NCBI GenBank assembly: GCA_946612115.1 | Contig: CAMOEI010000005.1 | Span: 23,462 to 87,461, forward strand | DNA from: an uncultured Bacillales bacterium | GTDB lineage: Bacteria; Bacillota_I; Bacilli_A; RFN20; CAG-826 | Length of the DNA: 64,000 nt | Reading direction: 5' to 3' | In this document: piece after piece, positions 9,567 to 19,590 of the stretch | Layout of the letters: each line of letters opens with the position of its first letter | Numbering within the stretch: the stretch's first letter is position 1 | The notes under the pieces: generated by a model | Seen by the model: the letters and a program-made list of their open reading frames with translations, nothing else | What the model was told of the DNA's origin: nothing | The model's database searches: none | Made by a program: the position numbers and the translations under genes

Positions 9567-10321
9567 TTTTGCCTCTTTGAAATAATTGAATCTTTTGTGT
9601 TATAAACAGTCTCACCTTTTAAAACAGAGTTAACAATAAAGACGTTAGAGCCAATAGTCGCTCCTTCTTCAATAATTGTTTCTCCTCCTAAAATAGATGC
9701 ACCTGCGTAGATTGTGACATTATCTTTAATTGTTGGATGTCTTTTCTTGTTAAATAAATCTCTACCCTCTTTCAGAGAAAGAGCGCCGAGAGTGACTCCG
9801 TGATAAATCTTCACATAGTTACCAATTTCACTAGTTTCGCCAATAACGATTCCGGTGCCGTGATCGATAAAGAATGGGCAACCTATTTTACAGGCTGGAT
9901 GAATATCAATACCGGTTTTGCTATGAGCAATCTCAGTAATTAGTCTAGGAACATAAGGAACCCCTAATAAATAAATCTCATGAGCGATTCTATAGAAAGT
10001 AATCGCAAATAAACCAGGATAAGTAATGATGATTTCATCTTTAGATTCACTGGCAGGATCTCCTTCATAAGTAAAATCAACATCCTTAGTTAATTTTTCT
10101 TTTAATTCAGGAAGCTTTTCTAAAAATAATTCACTAGTGGATTTACAGATTGCCTTTTTATATAAAGATTGAATAATCTTTTTCTTTCTTTTTAAATAGG
10201 ATTCTTCATTTCCCTTAAGCTTTTCAAAATAGCCCGGAAATAGATAGTCTCTAACTTCATAAACAAATTTAGCGACATCTTTTCTTTTAGGAAATGTTTC
10301 AAAACAAGTTTCTTTTCTCAT
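9563..10321 (-). CDS. cysE: Serine O-acetyltransferase
   Basis: Hexapeptide-repeat C-terminus (IDIHPACKIGCPFFIDHGTGIVIGETSEIGNYVKIYHGVTLG) and SAT N-terminal helices. Confidence 0.8.
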   Translation of the reverse strand: MRKETCFETFPKRKDVAKFVYEVRDYLFPGYFEKLKGNEESYLKRKKKIIQSLYKKAICKSTSELFLEKLPELKEKLTKDVDFTYEGDPASESKDEIIITYPGLFAITFYRIAHEIYLLGVPYVPRLITEIAHSKTGIDIHPACKIGCPFFIDHGTGIVIGETSEIGNYVKIYHGVTLGALSLKEGRDLFNKKRHPTIKDNVTIYAGASILGGETIIEEGATIGSNVFIVNSVLKGETVYNTKDSIISKRQK

Positions 10322-10420
10322 ATGTGTATTCTCGCACGTACATATACATTATGCGAAGAAATTATATTTTTATCAAATAATAAAACTTAAAAAGTATTAT
10401 AATGAATTCGAGGTATACAT

Positions 10421-11323
10421 ATGTCAAAACAAAACATCATTGTCCAATCTAAAGATGGATATCAATTATCTTGTGCTTTATTTGAAGCCAGTAAACCAAA
10501 AGCCGTCATTCAAGTAGTCCACGGCATGGAAGAACATAAAGAAAGATATGACGCCTTTGCGGAATATCTTGCTAAAAACGGATTCACTGTTTTAACTAGT
10601 GATTTAAGAGGGCACGGAGAAAACGCTCCACTATTAAGTCATATCGCCGATAAAAAGGGTGACGAATTATTAATTAGTGACCAACAAGAAATCTTAAAAT
10701 ATATCAAAAACACCTATAAAGGTGTCCCAGTATATTTATTCGGTCACTCCATGGGAACAATCATTTCTAGAGTCTTACTTCAAAAAGAAGCTAAAGAATA
10801 TGAAAAAGTTGCCCTATCTGGATATGTTAATCCTAATCCAGCCGGAGGAGCGGGTATTGTTCTAGGTAACTTAATCGCTTTATTTAAAGGTAAAAAAGGA
10901 AATTCCAAATTCATTACCAACTTAGTGGTTGGAGGATTTAATAAATCAATTGAAAATCCAAGAACTCCACTTGACTGGTTAAGCTATAACGAAGATAACG
11001 TTAACGCTTATATCGCTGACCCACTTTCAGGAAAAGAATTTACTTTAGGAAGTTATAACGCTTTATTTAAACTCCTCGTTCAAATGGGTAAAGCGAAAAA
11101 ATATCAACCAATTAATGAAAACTTAAAGTTCCTTCTCATCGCAGGTAAAGATGACCCTTGTACCGGATTTGAAAAAGGAAGAGAAGCCAGTAAAAAATTA
11201 CTTGAAAAAGCAGGCTATAAAAATATTTCTGTCATCACTCTTGATAACATGAGACACGAAATCTTAAATGAGACAGAAAAAGAAAAAGTCTACGAAGATC
11301 TCCTTAAATATTTCGAAGAATAA
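10421..11323 (+). CDS. Alpha/beta hydrolase (lysophospholipase / monoacylglycerol lipase-like)
   Basis: GHSMG nucleophile elbow; HG oxyanion motif (VVHGMEEH); ~300 aa; SD GAGGT 8 nt before ATG. Confidence 0.7.
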   Translation: MSKQNIIVQSKDGYQLSCALFEASKPKAVIQVVHGMEEHKERYDAFAEYLAKNGFTVLTSDLRGHGENAPLLSHIADKKGDELLISDQQEILKYIKNTYKGVPVYLFGHSMGTIISRVLLQKEAKEYEKVALSGYVNPNPAGGAGIVLGNLIALFKGKKGNSKFITNLVVGGFNKSIENPRTPLDWLSYNEDNVNAYIADPLSGKEFTLGSYNALFKLLVQMGKAKKYQPINENLKFLLIAGKDDPCTGFEKGREASKKLLEKAGYKNISVITLDNMRHEILNETEKEKVYEDLLKYFEE

Positions 11324-11326
11324 AAG

Positions 11327-11352
11327 AAAGACCCTTTGGGTCTTTTCTTTTT
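11327..11352. terminator. Bidirectional rho-independent terminator AAAGACCC-TTT-GGGTCTTT between convergent genes
   Basis: Perfect 8-bp stem with A-run upstream and T-run downstream. Confidence 0.8.
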
Positions 11353-12480
11353 CTATTCAATAATTCCAATTTCTTTTTTAAATGTTTGTCTTCTTTGACG
11401 GATACTTTTTTCAAAGCCTTTCCAGGTTTGAAGCATCTTACTATTCGTGGTTAAGACAGGATCCATCCAAATATCAGTAATCTTTCCTTTTTTGAAGTTT
11501 TTCACAAAGCGGTCAATGACTAATGCGTGCACCCCATGGTTACGATATTGTGGGTCCACTCCAATTAAAGCGAGTTCAATGGCTTTTGGTCTCATGATAT
11601 TCCAAACAATTGGAATCGCCGCGAATAACATTCTTCCTTTCGCTCTTCTTATGGAGTTACCGATATGAGGTAAGCCAACTCCAAAGGCAACGACTTGATT
11701 TTCTTTATTTACAATAACTGAAAAATATTTGCGATTAATAATCGTGGCGAATTGATCTAAGACTGCTTGTTTCATATCTCCAGTTAATGGAATGAAATTA
11801 TCTAATTGAGAATAGGCTTTATTATAGCAATCAAAGAAACTATCTCCATATTCTTTAACGATTTGTTTAACTGACATCGTTTCTGTTAATTCGCGATATC
11901 CATCTTCTCTAATTTTATTGGCGATACTTTCAAATCGAGGATCGACATGAGAGATATCAAAAGAGAATTCAATCCATTCGGATTCTTTTTCAAATCCTAA
12001 TTCATTCATATATCTAGCGTAATATGGATAAGAGTAGGCAGTCGCGTAATTAGAAAGTTGATCATAACCTTCGGTTAACATCCCTTCTCTATCGGTATCA
12101 TCAAATCCCCATGGACCGTGGATCATTGTGCACCCGTTTTCTAAACCGTATTTCATCACCGCGTTCACTAACGCTTTAGCGACCTCATAATCTTCAATGA
12201 AATCAATTCGAGATAATCTGATATTCTTAACTTTGTTAAGTTCGTTAGACTTATGATTGATAATTCCACAGACTCTACCAACGAGTTTGCCGTCCTTATA
12301 GGCTAAGAATGCTTTACAATCGCTAGTCCCTTTAGATAAGTTCTTTTTTGAATCTAAAATAGTAGCCTCATCACTAACGAAAGATGGAACATAATATTTA
12401 CATTTTCGATATAGTTTAATTGGAAAAGTAGCAAATGCAAGCATTTGCTTTTTAGTAGTAGCTTCAATTATTTCAATCAT
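11353..12480 (-). CDS. GNAT-fold acetyltransferase-like protein (375 aa); specific function unknown
   Basis: Central/C-terminal GVDPQYRNHGVHALVIDRF resembles the GNAT acetyl-CoA binding region. Otherwise no recognisable signature. Confidence 0.4.
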   Translation of the reverse strand: MIEIIEATTKKQMLAFATFPIKLYRKCKYYVPSFVSDEATILDSKKNLSKGTSDCKAFLAYKDGKLVGRVCGIINHKSNELNKVKNIRLSRIDFIEDYEVAKALVNAVMKYGLENGCTMIHGPWGFDDTDREGMLTEGYDQLSNYATAYSYPYYARYMNELGFEKESEWIEFSFDISHVDPRFESIANKIREDGYRELTETMSVKQIVKEYGDSFFDCYNKAYSQLDNFIPLTGDMKQAVLDQFATIINRKYFSVIVNKENQVVAFGVGLPHIGNSIRRAKGRMLFAAIPIVWNIMRPKAIELALIGVDPQYRNHGVHALVIDRFVKNFKKGKITDIWMDPVLTTNSKMLQTWKGFEKSIRQRRQTFKKEIGIIE

Positions 12481-12592
12481 TATTTTTACCTAACGCTATA
12501 CATAATTATACATAAAGTATAAAAATTAAATAGTGTTTTTTATTTAATAAACAAAATTGAAAATTATCTAATAAATCTATATAGTAAGTAAA

Positions 12593-13042
12593 GTGATTAT
12601 GGAAAACGAAAAGAAATCTAACAAGATATTAAAGTTATTACTAGAAGCATTTTATATTCTTTCTCCTGCCGCTATTGAGGTGGGTGTATTTGAATTATTA
12701 TTAATTTGGATTAAAGAACCATCCAAATGGTTTATTGCCTATCTACTCTGTATGACCGTAAGTGTCTTATACACTTTGCTCGTCATTAGAAAACATACCT
12801 ATGAAGATAAGACCAATAAATTAACTATTGGGATTGCCTTAGCAATCTATTACGCTTTATTTATTGGAATTGCCACTCCAATATGCCAATTAGTATTTAT
12901 CAATAAATACGGTATGAGTGGAAGAGTTCTTGAACTCATCTTATTAGCGATTAATTTAGTCATTGAAAATTTATATCACCACATCATCTTAGCTAAACTA
13001 GGTAAAGATAATAATGAAAGAAAAGAAGCCTCCGTTAACTAA
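12593..13042 (+). CDS. Small polytopic membrane protein (possibly GtrA-like)
   Basis: Hydrophobic 149-aa ORF; overlaps the next gene by 29 nt. Confidence 0.35.
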   Translation: MIMENEKKSNKILKLLLEAFYILSPAAIEVGVFELLLIWIKEPSKWFIAYLLCMTVSVLYTLLVIRKHTYEDKTNKLTIGIALAIYYALFIGIATPICQLVFINKYGMSGRVLELILLAINLVIENLYHHIILAKLGKDNNERKEASVN

Positions 13043-13499
13043 AATAGAGAAGAAAGCGGAGACTTGGAGAATAGTTAAATTTGTCTTATTCTCTATAAGC
13101 GCTGGAGCGATCCAAATCATTTCATTCTCCTTGCTTGAATTAATTCCGTATTGCAAAGATAACTACTGGTTACCAGCAACAATCTCCTTAATCTTATCTG
13201 TAGTATGGAACTTTACCTTCAATAGAAGATTTACCTTCCAAAGCGCAAATAATGTTCCAATTGCGATGCTTAAAACCCTTGCCTACTATGTAGTCTTTGG
13301 TCCACTATCGATTGCCTTTGGACATATGTATCTAGTTGTTACATTAAAATGGAATGACTTCTTAGTTGAAGGGGTGTTAATGTTAGTCAATCTTATTACT
13401 GAGTTTTTATATCAAAGATACTTTGTCTTTAATAAAAGCTTAGACACTAACGACCTTGCTAAGAAAAAAATAGAGCAAAATGAAAAGACACACGAATAA
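13014..13499 (+). CDS. GtrA family membrane protein (polysaccharide synthesis / flippase accessory)
   Basis: Motif VWNFTFNRRFTF (GtrA N[YF]xxNRxxTF signature), 4 predicted TM segments. Confidence 0.65.
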   Translation: MKEKKPPLTKIEKKAETWRIVKFVLFSISAGAIQIISFSLLELIPYCKDNYWLPATISLILSVVWNFTFNRRFTFQSANNVPIAMLKTLAYYVVFGPLSIAFGHMYLVVTLKWNDFLVEGVLMLVNLITEFLYQRYFVFNKSLDTNDLAKKKIEQNEKTHE

Positions 13500-13517
13500 A
13501 CGTGTGTCTCTTTTTTA
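13485..13517 (+). terminator. Rho-independent terminator GACACACG-aataaa-CGTGTGTC + T6
   Basis: Seen in sequence immediately after the stop codon. Confidence 0.8.
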
Positions 13518-13532
13518 ATTAAATAAATTTAA

Positions 13533-15881
13533 TTAATCTCTATATTCGTAGAGTTGAATAGCGGCTTGTTTAGTCTTATAATCTGAGAATCTTGGATTAC
13601 CAGTATTATATTGAATTGACCATTCACTACTAGCGTGATTAGCAACTTTAACATTACCATCGGTAAAGGTGAGATCCCAATAAGAAGAACTACTAGCGGT
13701 AGAGACAAATTCGAGCTTGTTGTTGCTTGTAGATTTTAAGTTGAGATAACCATCATCACTTAAGAAGGTGTATCCAGTTGAAGCACTACCACCTAATTCT
13801 AAAGACATAATGCCATCAACAGTCTCAAAGTAATATTCAGAAATTGTTACATCAACAGGGCTTAAATATCCACTAGTTAATGCACCGGCAGCCTTATTCT
13901 TACCTTCTTCTTCATGAACGAAAGTATAGGAATTTCCAACAGTTAATTCTTCATCAGTATTAATCTTGTACCAACCTGGCACAACATTTTTAACTGTAAC
14001 CGCTAAGACTTTTTCAAAGACTTGAGAATCTCTATTATCAGTAACTGTAACAGTGATGTTCGCGGTTGTTCCTTCTTCGACTTCACTTCCAACAGTAACT
14101 TTTCCTTCAGAATCAACTGCGACTTTAACATTATCAGATGAATAAGAAACATCATAGTTATAAATCATTGTGGTTGAAACTTCGATTTGGAACTCTCCAC
14201 CTTGTTTAATATTAACTGCTTCTTTATTTAAAGAAATGCCTCTTGTGTGAGCTTCTCCACTACCTTTGCTGACACTTAATTGGAAGGTATTGCGATCTGT
14301 GAAGAATTGAAGGGCAACCTTACCTTCGGCGTCTTCAGCAGCATAGCCAGCATCAGCGTAGCCAGAATCATCGACGTACATTGGAATATTCTTTAAAGCG
14401 TTAACAAAGAGGTCTTCATTAGAATCAGTTCCAACTTTAGTATCTAAATCTTTTGAATAGACATAAATAGCTTCGACTTCTTGAGCAGTAGCAGGATCTT
14501 CTTCTCCCTCTCTAAGTAAGGAATAATCTTCATAATCCTCTTCTTCCTCTTCTTCGGCGTATTGAACTTGCCATTTGAAATCGCCAGTTAATGAAGGGAC
14601 TTCAACACCATAGGTGTCTTCAATTAATTGAGCAGGGAATTCTCCAAACTCAGAGAAACTTTCTTCAACATTCGCAAAAGTAACAGTAAATGTTGTTTCA
14701 TCTTCTTCTTCGGCGCGTTGAGCAAATAAATCTTCCCAATCAAGTGGTTCTTCGTAATCAACAACAATAGCTTTGGTTTCTGCCCAGTTATAGGAAGTCC
14801 AGATTAACATGCCGAAATAATACAATGTTGGATTATAATTACCGGTAATACCTTGATCACCGCTAGCATAAATACTATCGATGGCGTCCCAAGCATCTTC
14901 TTCGGTGAAATCACCAAAGATTTGAACGCTAACTTGTCCTTTAAAGACTGAGTAAGCATATGTAAATCCTTCACCAGTAACTGGAGTAAATGATAATCCA
15001 CTATCTAGTAAGAAAGCATCGGTTAATGTAGTTGGCCAAGAAGTGGTTTCATTAACTTTTAGAGAAATAGTACCAGTAATTGTATTACCAAGGAATTCAC
15101 TATATGAGACATATAACTGAATCTTATTTCCATCAGTGTCATAATTTTGCTCATAGCAACCTAATTCTTGGTTATAGCTATAACCATCGGCTTCTAACAA
15201 TTGATCATAACTAGATAGAAGATTTTGATAATAACTGTCAGCGATTTGGAATTGCATTCCATCTTCAGAGATAACACCTTCATAATCGCTTCCAAGTTGA
15301 ACAAATGGAACTAGATCTTCAAAATTAGAATCTGTAAAGAGATCTCCCCAGCTTGTATCTTCGGTTTTAGTATTCACTAAACTCCATGAATCAAATTCAA
15401 TAGTGTTACCGCCATAGTAATTATCGAAATAGTATGAGGTACAATACACTAATAATGAATCGCTAGCGGACTTTTTATAGTTGTAACAAACTAAATCGCC
15501 ATATTCATCTTCAAAGAAGATTTCTCCATCTTCTTCTCCAACAGTCCAACCTGCTGTCGCTAAAGATTGATAATAATTCTCAATAGTAAAAACTTCAGAA
15601 TCATCATAAATCATTGGAGGATATTCGCCTTCTCTTTCTTGAACGGTATAGTTATCAAGAATACCAGTCGCATAAGGAAGGACTTCTCCAACTTCAGTTT
15701 GCATAACAGCCTTAGCTGAACTATTCCATTCTTTAGTGGTTGGTTGGCCTCCTCCGCCACCTCCGCCACTTCCGCCACCGCCGGAGCCGCCTCCGCCAGA
15801 AGGAACTAAAGAACCTTTACCTGTACAGCCTACTAACGAAGCTGCAACAAGTAAGGTAAACATCATTTTAGAAAATTTCAT
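13533..15881 (-). CDS. Large acidic surface lipoprotein (lipobox LVGC) with (GGGGS)n linker GGGGSGGGGSGGGGGGG. Function unknown.
   Basis: 782-aa ORF; signal peptide + lipobox; D/E/Y-rich body. Same architecture as the 7080..9566 and 16028..16561 proteins. Confidence 0.6.
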   Translation of the reverse strand: MKFSKMMFTLLVAASLVGCTGKGSLVPSGGGGSGGGGSGGGGGGGQPTTKEWNSSAKAVMQTEVGEVLPYATGILDNYTVQEREGEYPPMIYDDSEVFTIENYYQSLATAGWTVGEEDGEIFFEDEYGDLVCYNYKKSASDSLLVYCTSYYFDNYYGGNTIEFDSWSLVNTKTEDTSWGDLFTDSNFEDLVPFVQLGSDYEGVISEDGMQFQIADSYYQNLLSSYDQLLEADGYSYNQELGCYEQNYDTDGNKIQLYVSYSEFLGNTITGTISLKVNETTSWPTTLTDAFLLDSGLSFTPVTGEGFTYAYSVFKGQVSVQIFGDFTEEDAWDAIDSIYASGDQGITGNYNPTLYYFGMLIWTSYNWAETKAIVVDYEEPLDWEDLFAQRAEEEDETTFTVTFANVEESFSEFGEFPAQLIEDTYGVEVPSLTGDFKWQVQYAEEEEEEDYEDYSLLREGEEDPATAQEVEAIYVYSKDLDTKVGTDSNEDLFVNALKNIPMYVDDSGYADAGYAAEDAEGKVALQFFTDRNTFQLSVSKGSGEAHTRGISLNKEAVNIKQGGEFQIEVSTTMIYNYDVSYSSDNVKVAVDSEGKVTVGSEVEEGTTANITVTVTDNRDSQVFEKVLAVTVKNVVPGWYKINTDEELTVGNSYTFVHEEEGKNKAAGALTSGYLSPVDVTISEYYFETVDGIMSLELGGSASTGYTFLSDDGYLNLKSTSNNKLEFVSTASSSSYWDLTFTDGNVKVANHASSEWSIQYNTGNPRFSDYKTKQAAIQLYEYRD

Positions 15882-15982
15882 ATAATTTTCTCCTTTCTTA
15901 ATAAGGATTTATTTAATTATAAATTAAAAGCTTTCTAAATCATAATGATTTAATAAATACAATTATTAAATTATGTGAAACA

Positions 15983-16010
15983 AAAAGAAAAGACCCCCAA
16001 AGGGGTCTAA
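15983..16010 (-). terminator. Terminator AGACCCC-caaa-GGGGTCT for the 16028..16561 gene
   Basis: Hairpin + T-run on the minus strand. Confidence 0.75.
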
Positions 16011-16027
16011 TCATATTTGATGATTTA

Positions 16028-16561
16028 CTATGCGTAATAGGTAATTGTCATTGAAACTGGTTTGACTTGGCCAACACTGGCTGTGAAAACAAGTGAAGTC
16101 TCTTGTCCATCCCAAGTTCCGTTTTTGCCAGAAGAAGTGTATGTTCCAGTTGATGCTGTCCATCCATCAGGACCGCCTTTTGATCCAGCATTATTTGCAC
16201 AAGTTAAATCAATATGAGTAATTGTTGCTCCGGTAATTGTGAATGTTTGATCTTTGTAAACCCTTACTTCGTTGTTATTGTCATAATGATAAAACGCACC
16301 ATTCCAAGTAAATGTTAAAGCGCCGACTGTTTTAGTAAAATCTTTCGGTCCGGCTTCTGTTGTAGTACCGAATTGAGAAATAACTTCAACAGTTGTAGGT
16401 GTTCCAGAAGGGGTTCCGCCTCCACCGCCAGATCCACCACCGGATCCACCGCCAGATCCACTACCGGATCCTCCGCCGGATGCTGCTCCACCTTTACTAG
16501 CACAAGCAGCCAATGATAAAAGCATTAAAGCTCCAATAGATAAAAATCTAATCTTTTTCAT
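16028..16561 (-). CDS. Small lipoprotein (lipobox LAAC) with GGGSGSGSGGGSGGGSGGGGG linker
   Basis: 177-aa ORF; signal peptide + lipobox + Gly/Ser linker. Confidence 0.55.
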   Translation of the reverse strand: MKKIRFLSIGALMLLSLAACASKGGAASGGGSGSGSGGGSGGGSGGGGGTPSGTPTTVEVISQFGTTTEAGPKDFTKTVGALTFTWNGAFYHYDNNNEVRVYKDQTFTITGATITHIDLTCANNAGSKGGPDGWTASTGTYTSSGKNGTWDGQETSLVFTASVGQVKPVSMTITYYA

Positions 16562-16653
16562 TTTTTAAAATCTCCTTGATGTATTTATTCTATTACTTTT
16601 AATGTAATAATACAAAAAAGAAATAATGTTATTATTTATTCAATTACTATCTA

Positions 16654-16682
16654 AACAAAAAAAGACCCTAATGGGTCTTTAA
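16654..16682 (-). terminator. Terminator AAAGACCC-taat-GGGTCTTT for the 16699..17223 gene
   Basis: Hairpin + T-run on the minus strand. Confidence 0.75.
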
Positions 16683-16698
16683 TTGAATAAATTAATTC

Positions 16699-17223
16699 TT
16701 ACTCTTCTGCAGCAGCAATATCGATGATTTCAACTTCGATATTAACTACAATCGCTTCGTCTTGGGCGTCATTAATTGCGAAATATTCAAGCGCTAAGTA
16801 CTCAGTACCTTTAAGTTGAATACCATAAACAGCACCATATGCTGGAATTGTGTGAGCTTGGTCGAACCAATATGCAGAAGGACAAGAAAGCATAACCATG
16901 TTGTATTTTTCTTTTAAGGCATCAAACAGACCTGCTTTTTCATCTGTTCCATGCATTAAATAGAATACATCGGTGTAGTTATCAGTAACTCCGTCATCCC
17001 ATCCAAGGATAAGTTGAGAAGCAACAGCCTTGCTCTCATCTTCTTCATCATATTCGAATTCAGTATATTCATAAGCAACTTGAAGTCCGAAGACTGCTGC
17101 TCCTGCTTCATACGCTAATTCTTGAACAGATGGTGCTTTGACTTTTGCACTGTTTGTTGATTTACATCCCACTAAGCCTACCATCGAAGCAAATGTGACG
17201 AGTGTTAACAATCCTTTTTTCAT
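16699..17223 (-). CDS. Lipoprotein (lipobox LVGC), acidic, function unknown
   Basis: 174-aa ORF with signal peptide + lipobox. Confidence 0.5.
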   Translation of the reverse strand: MKKGLLTLVTFASMVGLVGCKSTNSAKVKAPSVQELAYEAGAAVFGLQVAYEYTEFEYDEEDESKAVASQLILGWDDGVTDNYTDVFYLMHGTDEKAGLFDALKEKYNMVMLSCPSAYWFDQAHTIPAYGAVYGIQLKGTEYLALEYFAINDAQDEAIVVNIEVEIIDIAAAEE

Positions 17224-17328
17224 GTGTAATTTCTCCTTTCGTGAAAAATTTTATGTTTGGTGAAAATATACCACTTTTCAAAAAAGCAATACAACATTTT
17301 TTTAATAATAATATATATTTACACGCCC

Positions 17329-17922
17329 TTACGCGTTAGCAACTTCGTCAGGTTTTTTGAAATAAGATGTATATCTTAATGCTTGGAAAATTGCAGGAGA
17401 TAACATCGAAGTCAATACTACTTCAATGATGAAATTAATATATATCGCAGCTAATAAACCAATAAAGGCTGCGTCTGGTAATGCATCTCCTTTGAAAAAT
17501 AGTAGATAGAAGATGACAAAGATTCCAGTATTTAATAATGGAATCGAAATAGAAGAAATCATCGCTCCTAAAAAAGTGTGTTTCCCGTTTTTGAATGGAA
17601 GCATGATTAATCCCGCAACAACTCCTGCCACTGTGGTTTTAGATAAGCAAGTTAAAACAGTGGCCCAAGGATTAACCGCCATAAAGGTTTGAATTGTTGA
17701 TGGAGCGATTAAAACCATCACTCCGCAAACTAAACCTAAAAAACCACCATAGATTGGTCCTAACACTACCGCTCCAATAGCGATAGGTAATAAAGACAAG
17801 TTAATACTAGCTAAAGAAGGAACGATGTAATTACCCACAACTTGAAGAAGTAAAATAATCGCAGTTAATATTCCAGTTAAGGCGATCTTTTTTGTTGTGA
17901 AGAATTTTTCTTTTTGTTCCAT
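17329..17922 (-). CDS. ECF-transporter S-component-like membrane protein (substrate unknown)
   Basis: 197 aa, 5-6 TM helices, N-terminal KKIALTGILTAIILLLQVVG typical of ECF S components. No riboswitch is visible in the 90-bp upstream region. Confidence 0.4.
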   Translation of the reverse strand: MEQKEKFFTTKKIALTGILTAIILLLQVVGNYIVPSLASINLSLLPIAIGAVVLGPIYGGFLGLVCGVMVLIAPSTIQTFMAVNPWATVLTCLSKTTVAGVVAGLIMLPFKNGKHTFLGAMISSISIPLLNTGIFVIFYLLFFKGDALPDAAFIGLLAAIYINFIIEVVLTSMLSPAIFQALRYTSYFKKPDEVANA

Positions 17923-18015
17923 TTTTGTTGCCCGAGATAATAGTATGTATAAAATAAATCATTTATTCAAGAATAAAAGTGAAAAATCTTTTATACTAGA
18001 TATGAGGTAAAAATT

Positions 18016-19053
18016 ATGATTAAGATCGCGTTTTATGACACTAAGCCATATGATATCCCGGCTTTTGAAGAATATGGAAAGCAAAAAGGAATTGAATTTA
18101 AGTATTTTGAATCTAGACTTTCAGAAGATACAGCATATCTTGCAAAAGGTTTTGATGGAGTTTGTGTTTTTGTTAATGATGTCGTCGATAAAAAAGTTAT
18201 CGATATCCTTTATTCCTTAGGCATCAAATTACTTCTATTAAGATGCGCTGGATTTAATAATGTCGATGTTAAAGCAGCCTTTGGAAAGATTCACATCTAT
18301 CGAGTTCCAGCCTATTCTCCTTACTCTGTCGCGGAACACGCCATTAGTCTACTTTGTACATGCAATAGAAGAATTCATAAAGCCTACAATAGAACAAGAG
18401 ATTATAATTTCTCCCTTAATGAATTAACTGGATATGATTTACACGATAAATATATTGGAGTTGTTGGAACAGGTAAAATCGGTAAAATATTCATCAAAAT
18501 CTGTCAAGGTTTTGGAATGCATGTTTTAGCTTATGATAAATATCCAGATTATAACCTATCAGATGTCGAATATGTTGAATTAGATGAGCTCTTCAAAAGA
18601 AGTGATTTCATTTCATTACATTGTCCATTAACTGAAGAAAACAAACATATGATTGATAAAAGAAGTATCGACTTAATGAAAAAAGGCGTTGGAATCATCA
18701 ATACCTCCAGAGGAGCGTTAATTAACGCTACAGATTTATTAAAGGGTATAAAAACTAGAAAAATTGGTTTTGTTTGTTTAGATGTCTATGAAGAAGAAGG
18801 CGATATTTTCTATAGCGATAAATCAGGCCATATTTTAGATGATGATACTTTAAGAAACTTATTATCCATGCCAAATGTTTTGCTCACTTCTCACCAAGCG
18901 TTTTTAACCCATGAAGCGCTTAATAATATCGCCGACACCACTACTAATAATATTATTTCTTTCTTTAATAATGATGTTTTAGATACTGAAGTCTGCTATC
19001 GATGTGGAAATCAAGAAAACTGCAAGAAAAAAAGAAAAGAAAAATGTTTCTAA
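18016..19053 (+). CDS. ldhA: D-isomer-specific 2-hydroxyacid dehydrogenase (D-lactate dehydrogenase-like) with a Cys-rich C-terminal tail (CYRCGNQENCKKKRKEKCF)
   Basis: NAD-binding GVVGTGKIGK; catalytic R/E/H positions in 2-hydroxyacid-DH spacing; SD AGGTAAAAATT-ATG. Confidence 0.7.
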   Translation: MIKIAFYDTKPYDIPAFEEYGKQKGIEFKYFESRLSEDTAYLAKGFDGVCVFVNDVVDKKVIDILYSLGIKLLLLRCAGFNNVDVKAAFGKIHIYRVPAYSPYSVAEHAISLLCTCNRRIHKAYNRTRDYNFSLNELTGYDLHDKYIGVVGTGKIGKIFIKICQGFGMHVLAYDKYPDYNLSDVEYVELDELFKRSDFISLHCPLTEENKHMIDKRSIDLMKKGVGIINTSRGALINATDLLKGIKTRKIGFVCLDVYEEEGDIFYSDKSGHILDDDTLRNLLSMPNVLLTSHQAFLTHEALNNIADTTTNNIISFFNNDVLDTEVCYRCGNQENCKKKRKEKCF

Positions 19054-19115
19054 ATTAGTTATTGAAAATAAAAAATAGATTGTATACAATTTAATTATGA
19101 AAGAAGGTAATTAAT

Positions 19116-19589
19116 ATGTCAGTCTATGAATTTAAAGTCTTAAGCCAAAAAGGCGAAGAAATCTCATTAGAGCAATATAAAGGAAAAGTTCTTTTAATTG
19201 TTAATACCGCGACTGGATGTGGTTTCACTCCACAATATAAAGGATTAGAAGAATTATACGAGAAATATCGTGGAGAAGGATTTGAAATCCTTGATTTCCC
19301 ATGCAATCAATTCTTCCGTCAAGCACCCGGAAGCGACGAAGAAATCAATAACTTCTGCTCCTTAAGATATAACACTCAATTCCCAAGATTTAAAAAAGTC
19401 GAAGTTAATGGTAAAAACGCTAGTCCACTCTTTGTGAATTTATGCACAGTTAATGGAAAATATAAGAAAGTGAAATGGAATTTCACTAAATTTTTAGTGG
19501 GTAAAGATGGGGAATTAATTGCTAGATTTGAACCAACCGTCAAGCCAGAAGATTTTGAAAGCGAAATCAAAAAAGCTTTAGGAAAATAA
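19116..19589 (+). CDS. gpx: Glutathione peroxidase
   Basis: Motifs LIVNTATGCGFT, PCNQF, WNFTKFLV. Confidence 0.85.
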   Translation: MSVYEFKVLSQKGEEISLEQYKGKVLLIVNTATGCGFTPQYKGLEELYEKYRGEGFEILDFPCNQFFRQAPGSDEEINNFCSLRYNTQFPRFKKVEVNGKNASPLFVNLCTVNGKYKKVKWNFTKFLVGKDGELIARFEPTVKPEDFESEIKKALGK

Positions 19590-19590
19590 A

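Noticed and set aside
10322-10420. T-box or Cys-responsive leader upstream of cysE
   Set aside because: The divergent intergenic region is only ~100 bp, too short for a T-box, and has no T-box consensus. Only a loose palindrome was seen.
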